From Raillietiella orientalis (taxonomy: Eukaryota), in contig JAYWIR010000001.1 in the NCBI GenBank assembly GCA_036172245.1, positions 496,001 through 560,000 on the forward strand: a stretch of DNA of 64,000 nt, read 5' to 3'. Shown piece by piece: positions 59,601 through 64,000 of this stretch. The first letter of the stretch is position 1; each line of letters begins with the position of its first letter. The notes below the pieces were generated by a model, which was not told the origin of the DNA, did not search any database, and worked only from the letters and a program-made list of their open reading frames with translations. Both the position numbers and the translations under genes were made by a program.

Positions 59601-62600
59601 GCACGTCCACTCGGGCACGCCGCTTCGACGGCGGCGGGTGAGCTCTACGCCCGTCACGGCGGGAGCGAACACCCACCGCCATCTTCGAACGCTGATCCGT
59701 GCACCCACTGTGCTACAGAGGTTCCCTCCGCATTTTTTTTTTTTTTTTTTCCAGCTACTCCTCGCAAGACCAGAGCGTCGCCGAGAGACCACTCCGGTTA
59801 GCCAACGAGAGAAGCAGTCCCCTGTACCCGAGAAAGTAAGTAGGATCCAGCATCCCGTTGACGGAATCCGCTCGCCGGAGATGCGCTCTGGCAGCTGCGC
59901 CGAGAATCCTACCGTGGGAAAACCTCCGCCACCTTCGACGAGGCTCGTGCTTTTCAGCTCCAGTTTCGGGGGAAGAGGCCGTCTAGAACGCGCATGCGCG
60001 GCTCTTTTGCGCCTCGCGAGGGGGCCTGCAGGCTTCACCCGGCTACGTTTCCACGAAAATGTTTCGCTCCCGTCTGCCCTCCCCGTCTCAAAGCAGGCTT
60101 TGCGCCCGATTCGCTCTTCTTCACTGCTCGACACGCGCCCTTGCGCCCGATTCACCTTCATCGCGACTCTGCGACCAGCTCGCCTGCAGCCGACGTCTGA
60201 CCAGGAGTCACGAAAGAGCGACTTTTGCCCACCGTCGCGAAGCACAGAGGGTGCCACAGAGTGCGTCCGGGATGAACTCGGACAGCAGCTCTCTATCCTG
60301 GAGGCGCGTTCCCGTCGCCTGGGTTCTCGGTCTCGCCACCGACGGCCGCCCCTCCCCTGACGGGACGCGGAAGTGCACGTGTTCGCAGCGAGTATTCACG
60401 AAGCCCTCATCGAGTTGGCGATGACCAATCAGAGGGCTGCGGAAGATGTCCGCCGCAGGAGAAATCATGCGATGAGAAACGTGCCGTTTCCTCGATTCTG
60501 CCGTGAGGGAAGGGAGTGGACTTGCGTCCCTGGTGCAGAATGCTCCGTACTCGGTTCAAGGAAGCCTCGCAGGAACTCCACGGGATTGAGGAGCGGGGGA
60601 GACTCCGGATCGAGCTCGAGAAAGTCACCTGTCTCCTGCCCGCGAGGAAGGATGCTGTCCGCGCACGGGTTGGTCAGTCGGATGTGCGAAGAGATTTCCC
60701 TCGGGAGGTTGGAATCGGGGAGCGAGCGGACGCCGGCATGGCCGAGGAATCGTTCGCGTCCGCGTCCGAATCTTCGAAATGGAGTGCGGACATCGGAGAC
60801 GCGTCCCTGCGAAGGGATGGGGTATCCCAAACGGGTGGGGTGGGCAAATCGTCCCGCGCGGAAATGGCGCCGCAGCTGCCAAGAGTCGCTCGAACCTCGC
60901 GCACGCACGAAATTCCATGGCGCACGTGGCGGCGCAGCAGCGTGCGCCGACCACAAAGGACTGAGGCTGCCACCAGGGCGGGGGCAGGTGGTGACGATCA
61001 AAAGGAAGGGGAAAGCAATCCAAGCGTCTCCGGAAGACATCCGCGGGCGAAGAGTGCGAGAGGGAGAGCGTGGATGCGTGCCACCGAAGAACCATCATCC
61101 CGTGGTTTACCTCCGGCTCCATTCACGTCAAGGGAACGGATGCAGCAGCCTCCTTTCGGACGCGTGTCGTCGCGTACGTTGGTTTGAGTGGGCCGGGGGG
61201 AGGGGGGGGGAACTGCACCCCAGCGCGGCCCGCCCGCAACACCTACGGAGGTTGGATTTTCCTAGAAAGGGACAGTGATCTCTCGAGGCGCTGGACGTCC
61301 CTTGCGGACGGCTGCCTCCATCATCCTGTCTGCATCGGCGCACCCCGCGTAGGGGGTGCAGTTCACTTCCAAGCCTCTAGGTAGGAGGATGCTCCAGGGA
61401 TGCCCGCTGCTGGGAGATGGAGGGAGGAGGCGAACTTTTCTAAGGGGAGGGAAGCGAACGTCGCGTCCCGAAGCAGCGGAATTTCGCGCGCGCGCGAAAG
61501 TCAGCCGGTAAAACACTCACGCACGCACGCAATTTAAAAAAAAAAGATACAGACAATTATTTTAATGGTATTTTTTGATTAAAAACTGTTATTGATTCTT
61601 TAGCGGAAGACCAACTGCGAATGGGTCTTTCTTCCTTGAAGGTGAGTGGTAAATGTTTTCAGCTACTAGCCATTTCCTCGAGTTGCTAACCTGAACTCAT
61701 GCCACTAATTGTTTCTGTAGGATATCCTACTCTTTGCCTCAATTACCAGTGTCGTCCCCTCAAAGTAACAAGCACGTACTAACCAAAGAACTGGATTCCT
61801 GGAAAACCTGTGTGAGTTCAGTTGGGAAGCACCCGGCGTTCCAATCGAAAATTCTCGAGGGATTGCGGTGTAATCAGAACCCCGCTTTGCTGGTAGCCAG
61901 CTGCTGGGGTGTAACGAACGTATCCTTCACGTGCCCTAGAGTGTGTCCCGTAATGTGTTCATCTTTTGGTTGTCATGGATGCCTCAGTGACACAGGTATT
62001 GGTGCGAACCGCTTCGGTTGCGTCAAAGTCCTCGCCGCCCTGCGCGCAGGGACGAAATTCACCCGCGTGCACACGTAGCTTCCTCGTGAACGGTTCAGAG
62101 ACGTGCCCAAGGGAACGGCAGAGGTGGTCACGGAGCCGTAGTTTGACAGTTGGGGAGGATCTTTGGTTGTCGTTTTCCCCGGTCCTGAGGAACCCCGTGC
62201 GGAATTGCGGTTTCCTTCGATGGATGGCATCTCTTTTGGAGTGCTTGGAGAGATGCTCACTAGCAGTCAGTTTTTGATCCCTAAGAAGCTGCCCTTCGGA
62301 TTTTCCTTTTGGAAGAAAACGAGCAAACGCACGGAGAGACACTCTCGTACCATCAGAGATGGGAGTCCAGTACGCAACTTCTTGCAGCAAAGTTGTTTCT
62401 TTCCTGTGCGGAGCACCCGCGAGACCGCGTGTTTGTCTCAGCGCCCTCTGCCTCCGTGGACCCGTGATGAGAGTTTCGCCCGCTAGATGGCAGAGCGCGC
62501 CGTTTCCTCTTGTTCGCCATCAGGAAGCTGTGGGAATGCGCGTTTTTTTTGGTCTTTTTCGATTTCTCGTGTTCACCTCAGAAGCTCTCACAGGTGTACT

Positions 62601-64000
62601 GTACATTTCGACGTGTAGCTGCGTTGTAGCCGCAACGCAGAATCGACGGACGAACTACGCTACATTGCGAAAGCAAACCGAGCGCGGACGTGGTACAGGA
62701 CGCGGCTTTGCCCATCACCCCACGAGACTTTCGATCGGGCATCGCACCCCTGACTGACCTGTACAGTCGAAAGAGCCGACTGTACTGTGGAAACGCCCTG
62801 CTCAGAAGGAACTCTGCAATCCCCCGGAGTGGCAAAGCCGCCCGCCGATGAATACGTCGACTCGGAAGGAAATTGCTGAAGTCTCCCATAGCGTGATGGA
62901 TGCATTCGTCTTCTGCATGAGATCAAAAAGCGAAGGAAGGAAGCGTAAAAACCTCCGAATGTTCATGTTTTCGGAATGGATCGAACGCTGGCTGTGCACC
63001 CCTTCCGGGCACCGGTCGTGGTCAGATGGACGGGTATTCGTCTGTTTGCCTTTCCTCTTCTTCTTCTGGTAAGCCGACATGTCCAGAGGTCCGGCAATAC
63101 GTCCAGGAGATCCTGAACTGACCCTTCATGAACGTGACGACGCGGGGAGCACCTGAAGGAGCATCTCTTTCGGACGGCGATCGCGCAGAACAGACTTTAC
63201 CAGAATGCCTCGAGCAGATTCGAACCCGGTCGCCAAAATCCGACGCATCTCGAACAAGCAGAGTCTCCTGTCACTCCCCGTTCCCTGACCCCTTGATGGC
63301 TTGCCCACGACGCCCAGATTTCTCACTAACTCGTCACTGGCGCTTTCCCTCCGCTTTCTCCCGAATGGGCAGCATGAAGCAGCCATCCGTCGCACGCCCC
63401 CCCTGACCATCCGATCCTGCGGCGGTCCACCCAGAGGTGGTCAAACTGCGATGTGCCTTTCCTTCCAGTGCCAAGCACGATAGCTAATGGAGTTGCCATG
63501 GGGAAGCGGCTTTCCCGTTCCGTCGCCAGCATTCCCGGAGAGAGGAGCAAAGGGTTGACCAGCGTGCTGGGCTCTGCGGAAAACTTGGTGGGGAGGGTAA
63601 GTTTGACCCGAGAGGCACGCGGACCCTGGTCCGAAAGCGACCCCCGCGCGTGCGTTCGCTCTGGCTGGAGTCTGAGGGCGCTGCGCACCCTGGAGGATGA
63701 GGGGTGTTCGCGGTGTTCCCTCCTGCCCTCGGCCACGCTCACGCCTTCCCTCCCCTCGTCCACCTCCGGATGCCTGCGCCGCGCCGCCGCACGCGAACCG
63801 CCGCGTGTCTATCAAGGTCGTTCTGTGTCAGATTTTAGCCGAGGAAGGCCTCAGCGAGTTCTGTGACCCGGACTTCGTGAAAGCCACCTCGCGGGAAATG
63901 CAGGAAGCGATGAACATGACCCAGGAAGAGTTCGACAGGGCCGCCCATGACCTCCTGCGGGGATACATCGCCGACAATCTCGGGGTGCAGGCGACAGACG
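179..64000 (+). CDS. Ca-alpha1D: L-type voltage-gated calcium channel alpha-1 subunit (Cav1), multi-exon, partial at both ends
   Basis: Spliced exons give four repeats with pore loops [43 protein letters not shown] motif [13 protein letters not shown]-type [27 protein letters not shown] and a DCRD-like [16 protein letters not shown] segment; GT-AG sites with consistent phases. Confidence 0.97.
1490..2900 (-). mobile_element. Possible decayed piggyBac-like transposase fragment
   Basis: Broken minus-strand frames [11 protein letters not shown] (cf. FDNYFTSYP), [15 protein letters not shown] (cf. ACGTVRxNRxxFPK), KSRK...KLFF and VGLC...FKRY, in transposase order; AT-rich; judged by eye. Confidence 0.4.
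3015..3211 (+). CDS. Ca-alpha1D: Cav1 exon: domain I extracellular loop and pore ([14 protein letters not shown]...[13 protein letters not shown])
   Basis: ttccag acceptor, gtgagt donor, phase matches previous exon. Confidence 0.95.
4913..5016 (+). CDS. Ca-alpha1D: Cav1 exon: IS6 ([14 protein letters not shown]...LVLGVLSG), equivalent of vertebrate exon 8
   Basis: ttccag/gtaagc sites, 104 nt, conserved peptide. Confidence 0.95.
5368..5510 (+). CDS. Ca-alpha1D: Cav1 exon: I-II linker with AID ([47 protein letters not shown])
   Basis: ccctag/gtgagt sites; translated by hand (this frame is not in the ORF track). Confidence 0.95.
6455..6563 (+). CDS. Ca-alpha1D: Cav1 exon: variable I-II linker ([36 protein letters not shown])
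   Basis: tttccag/gtaaga sites; open frame bridges the phase-1 and phase-2 neighbours. Confidence 0.85.
7750..8160 (-). mobile_element. Decayed LINE (CR1/L2-like) ORF2 3' fragment
   Basis: [13 protein letters not shown]...[10 protein letters not shown]...[12 protein letters not shown]...SSF resemble post-RT motifs (IPGL..L.YEERL, IEVYKILHG, RGH.LKL). Confidence 0.35.
10120..10700 (+). mobile_element. tRNA-derived SINE-like element, copy 1
   Basis: B-box GGGTTCGAATCCC at 10145 and shared core cctctccagagtg at ~10412. Confidence 0.65.
12103..12380. repeat. AT-rich degenerate tandem repeat (tatatacat...tccagagttct units) with (TA)n
   Basis: cagagttc/caaagttt/cagggttc recur roughly every 30-60 nt. 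Confidence 0.7.
12753..13159 (+). repeat. 407-bp element, copy A of inverted pair (partner 37779-38185)
   Basis: Reverse complement of 37779-38185; overlapping ORF translations identical except GTSDV/GASDV. Confidence 0.95.
13600..14000 (+). mobile_element. tRNA-derived SINE-like element, copy 2
   Basis: GAGTTCGGATCCC at 13634, then ggatgacgctg and cctctccagagtg cores. Confidence 0.65.
14080..14280 (-). mobile_element. Decayed LINE reverse-transcriptase fragment (around the YADD motif)
   Basis: KDDK...[27 protein letters not shown] resembles YADDxK...LQxDLxRLxEW....M.FN..KTKV. Confidence 0.4.
14408..14553 (+). CDS. Ca-alpha1D: Cav1 exon: IIS1 ([25 protein letters not shown]...[12 protein letters not shown])
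   Basis: ctgctag/gtagga sites, conserved peptide. Confidence 0.95.
15019..15092 (+). CDS. Ca-alpha1D: Cav1 exon: IIS2 ([25 protein letters not shown])
   Basis: tttcag/gtaaga; only this acceptor keeps frame. Confidence 0.92.
21218..21718. mobile_element. Non-autonomous piggyBac-type MITE, 501 bp
   Basis: TTAA at 21214-21217 and 21719-21722; TIRs CCCTTTGAGTG / CACCCAAAGGG (10/11 match); AT-richer than flanks. Confidence 0.8.
23410..24625. repeat. AT-rich island with inverted termini and internal aaagattataaaaataaata motifs
   Basis: Left end caaaatcccaaacgatcttaaaaataaatacatatgcctatcat resembles the reverse complement of 24478-24620. Confidence 0.55.
25340..25450 (-). mobile_element. SINE head fragment, antisense
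   Basis: gggattcgaacccgcgacg at 25367 is the reverse complement of the SINE B-box region. Confidence 0.55.
26109..26260 (+). CDS. Ca-alpha1D: Cav1 exon: IIS3-IIS4 ([15 protein letters not shown]...[15 protein letters not shown])
   Basis: ttccag/gtaagg; S4 arginine periodicity. Confidence 0.96.
26560..26960 (+). mobile_element. tRNA-derived SINE-like element, diverged copy
   Basis: gggtttcgagt, agatgacgct, ggttggcttc and ctctccagagtg cores in the same order as other copies. Confidence 0.6.
29190..29625 (+). repeat. Dispersed repeat with GA-rich tail, copy 1 (partner 31495-31990)
   Basis: Shared gcgaagtcccgaagagtaagggggaagcca...gaccgccgtcg...cccacgccccg...cggcggcaggaggaagaa. Confidence 0.85.
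30399..30609 (+). CDS. Ca-alpha1D: Cav1 exon: IIS5 and pore helix ([15 protein letters not shown]...[10 protein letters not shown])
   Basis: tgccag/gtgaga sites, conserved peptide. Confidence 0.96.
30701..30821 (+). CDS. Ca-alpha1D: Cav1 exon: domain II selectivity filter and IIS6 ([15 protein letters not shown]...FICGN)
   Basis: ccgcag acceptor; ends at the U12-type donor gtatcctt. Confidence 0.95.
30822..30918 (+). other. U12-type (minor spliceosome) GT-AG intron, 97 nt
   Basis: 5' site GTATCCTTG, branch-like CCTTAGC at 30901-30907, no polypyrimidine tract; removal restores GN-Y-ILLNVF. Confidence 0.9.
30919..30998 (+). CDS. Ca-alpha1D: Cav1 exon: end of IIS6 ([27 protein letters not shown])
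   Basis: cccag/gtgagt, conserved peptide. Confidence 0.95.
31063..31166 (+). CDS. Ca-alpha1D: Cav1 exon: II-III linker ([34 protein letters not shown])
   Basis: ttccgcag/gtaggc; open, acidic, phase compatible. Confidence 0.75.
31215..31285 (+). CDS. Ca-alpha1D: Cav1 exon: II-III linker ([24 protein letters not shown]), NAGNAG acceptor
   Basis: ttcctttccag/gtaagg; needed to convert phase 2 to phase 1 for the next exon. Confidence 0.7.
31495..31990 (+). repeat. Dispersed repeat with GA-rich tail, copy 2
   Basis: Collinear similarity to 29190-29625. Confidence 0.85.
32548..32752 (+). CDS. Ca-alpha1D: Cav1 exon: distal II-III linker (poly-Glu...[31 protein letters not shown])
   Basis: tctccag/gtgagc, conserved RP.RLS..PIP..SSFFIFS motif. 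Confidence 0.93.
35670..36170. repeat. Polypyrimidine (CT-rich) tract; similar CT tracts at 4355-4590, 29870-30135, 45440-45550, 53500-53830 and GA tracts at 33170-33440, 48320-48530
   Basis: Direct composition: nearly pure C/T or G/A for hundreds of nt. Confidence 0.95.
37461..37590 (+). CDS. Ca-alpha1D: Cav1 exon: IIIS1 ([19 protein letters not shown]...[14 protein letters not shown])
   Basis: ttgcag/gtaact, conserved peptide. Confidence 0.95.
37779..38185 (-). repeat. 407-bp element, copy B of inverted pair
   Basis: Reverse complement of 12753-13159. Confidence 0.95.
39600..39885 (+). mobile_element. SINE-like element, nearly identical to 43720-43985
   Basis: Long identical blocks caggatgacgctgcagccggcgtcatgggattaaaagttgaccctccggagtcc... 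Confidence 0.8.
41119..41590. mobile_element. Second, diverged and 3'-truncated copy of the TTAA MITE
   Basis: TTAA-CCCTTTG...gacgcatctatgcgtt start, cgacagtaaa and gcgactcgcgtgccgtcaac shared with 21218-21718. Confidence 0.7.
42937..43103 (+). CDS. Ca-alpha1D: Cav1 exon: IIIS2-IIIS3 ([20 protein letters not shown]...[18 protein letters not shown])
   Basis: tttcag/gtattt, conserved peptide. Confidence 0.95.
43218..43305 (+). CDS. Ca-alpha1D: Cav1 exon: IIIS4 ([26 protein letters not shown])
   Basis: ttttcag/gtaaaa, voltage-sensor motif. Confidence 0.96.
43720..44220 (+). mobile_element. SINE-like element, nearly identical to 39600-39885 with a longer 3' part
   Basis: Identity blocks with the 39600 copy; 3' part resembles 10520-10670 and 55690-55810. 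Confidence 0.8.
45090..45440 (-). mobile_element. Decayed LINE ORF2 fragment
   Basis: [18 protein letters not shown] and SKSQIDYA...SPAH resemble LGV.ID.KL, LG.I.R and R..LEYA..WSPH motifs. Confidence 0.4.
46812..46919 (+). CDS. Ca-alpha1D: Cav1 exon: IIIS5 ([36 protein letters not shown])
   Basis: tttcag/gtgagt, conserved peptide. Confidence 0.96.
50273..50325 (+). CDS. Ca-alpha1D: Cav1 exon: domain III loop ([17 protein letters not shown])
   Basis: tttgaag acceptor, gtaatt donor, conserved cysteines. Confidence 0.92.
50425..50571 (+). CDS. Ca-alpha1D: Cav1 exon: domain III pore ([10 protein letters not shown]...[10 protein letters not shown])
   Basis: ccttaag/gtgagt, conserved peptide. 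Confidence 0.95.
51867..52068 (+). CDS. Ca-alpha1D: Cav1 exon: IIIS6 and start of III-IV linker (LLYTSIDS...[16 protein letters not shown]...ELDKNQ)
   Basis: ccgcag/gtcatt, conserved peptide. Confidence 0.95.
52138..52407 (+). CDS. Ca-alpha1D: Cav1 exon: III-IV linker, IVS1-IVS2 ([12 protein letters not shown]...AFRFK)
   Basis: ctccag/gtccgt, conserved peptide. Confidence 0.95.
52456..52539 (+). CDS. Ca-alpha1D: Cav1 exon: IVS3 ([28 protein letters not shown])
   Basis: ttccag/gtgagt, 84 nt. Confidence 0.95.
52613..52801 (+). CDS. Ca-alpha1D: Cav1 exon: IVS4-IVS5 ([23 protein letters not shown]...YAVIGMQ)
   Basis: ttgcag/gtcggg, conserved peptide. Confidence 0.95.
52892..53368 (+). CDS. Ca-alpha1D: Cav1 exon: domain IV pore, IVS6 and EF-hand (VFGRIAL...ATGEAWQ...CPHRVACK)
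   Basis: ctgcag/gtgaga, conserved peptide. Confidence 0.96.
53902..54106 (+). CDS. Ca-alpha1D: Cav1 exon: pre-IQ ([27 protein letters not shown]...DQVVPPAG)
   Basis: ccctag/gtgcgt, conserved peptide. Confidence 0.94.
54188..54420 (+). CDS. Ca-alpha1D: Cav1 exon: IQ domain and PCRD ([23 protein letters not shown]...LQAGLRTLH...EPMHR)
   Basis: ctccag/gtaagt, calmodulin-binding IQ motif. Confidence 0.96.
54928..55023 (+). CDS. Ca-alpha1D: Cav1 exon: C-terminal tail ([32 protein letters not shown])
   Basis: ttttctcgtag/gtaagt; R.H.LFGN motif typical of Cav1 tails. Confidence 0.9.
55160..55810 (+). mobile_element. tRNA-derived SINE-like element, near full length
   Basis: GGGTTCGAATCCC at 55244, ggttggcttcggg and cctctccagagtg cores. 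Confidence 0.7.
57185..57217 (+). CDS. Ca-alpha1D: Candidate 33-nt symmetric micro-exon in Cav1 C-tail ([11 protein letters not shown])
   Basis: ctaat branch, ttttcag acceptor, gtaagt donor, phase 0-0; no homology support. Confidence 0.55.
57291..57635. repeat. Degenerate ~30-bp minisatellite, about 11 units
   Basis: Recurring ggtttcctcttcctgtatttatcctcagac-like unit. Confidence 0.8.
57640..57990 (-). mobile_element. Decayed LINE (CR1/L2-like) ORF2 C-terminal fragment
   Basis: QLVRKP / [11 protein letters not shown]...PLEPYECDR...YLENMKNG parallels LVRPxLEYCxxxWSP...LxYEERL...YKIxNG. Confidence 0.5.
59377..59465 (+). CDS. Ca-alpha1D: Candidate Cav1 C-tail exon ([29 protein letters not shown])
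   Basis: ccttgcag/gtacgt, open, phase 0 to 2. Confidence 0.6.
59755..59835 (+). CDS. Ca-alpha1D: Candidate Cav1 C-tail exon ([26 protein letters not shown])
   Basis: T-run plus ccag acceptor, gtaagt donor, 81 nt symmetric phase 2. Confidence 0.65.
61604..61641 (+). CDS. Ca-alpha1D: Candidate Cav1 C-tail exon ([12 protein letters not shown])
   Basis: tctttag/gtgagt; converts phase 2 to phase 1 as required by the exon at 63469. Confidence 0.6.
63469..63596 (+). CDS. Ca-alpha1D: Cav1 exon: distal C-tail ([17 protein letters not shown]...GSAENLVGR)
   Basis: ccttccag/gtaagt; GSAENLV resembles vertebrate GSADSLV. Confidence 0.85.
63832..64000 (+). CDS. Ca-alpha1D: Cav1 exon: DCRD ([44 protein letters not shown]...), runs off window
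   Basis: tgtcag acceptor; matches the conserved L-type EGLG..DP.F...T..E..DA..MT..E...AA..LL pattern. Confidence 0.9.
   Translation, partial: MLAEEGLSEFCDPDFVKATSREMQEAMNMTQEEFDRAAHDLLRGYIADNLGVQATD

Noticed and set aside
59287..60360. 357-aa ORF as an independent gene
   Set aside because: Overlaps candidate Cav1 tail exons, crosses a poly-T acceptor tract and has no domain features
25..63866. Hundreds of long ORFs on both strands in the ORF track
   Set aside because: Arg/Pro/Ser/Gly-rich or low-complexity frames expected from GC-rich introns and antisense of exons; no recognisable domains apart from Cav1 pieces

Overview
Eukaryotic (arthropod-like) genomic DNA. The whole window lies inside one large + strand gene encoding an L-type voltage-gated calcium channel alpha-1 subunit (Cav1; orthologue of Drosophila Ca-alpha1D and vertebrate CACNA1C/D). 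I could place about 34 coding exons by hand, from domain I S4-S5 to the distal C-terminal regulatory domain; the gene is open at both ends. All four pore glutamates (EEEE), the beta-subunit AID motif and the IQ motif are intact. Most ORFs in the supplied track are spurious GC-rich or low-complexity frames. Introns hold a tRNA-headed SINE-like family, TTAA/piggyBac-type MITEs, decayed LINE and transposase fragments, AT-rich islands and GA/CT tracts. The most notable observations are: a minor-spliceosome (U12) GT-AG intron in IIS6; a ~407-bp near-identical inverted repeat pair bracketing domain II (candidate dsRNA, editing or circRNA structure); substitutions at dihydropyridine-binding residues; four stop-free 3n short introns; and candidate alternative C-terminal exons, one of which could truncate the tail. 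I found no evidence of a wholly new biological system. All coordinates and comparisons were made by eye.
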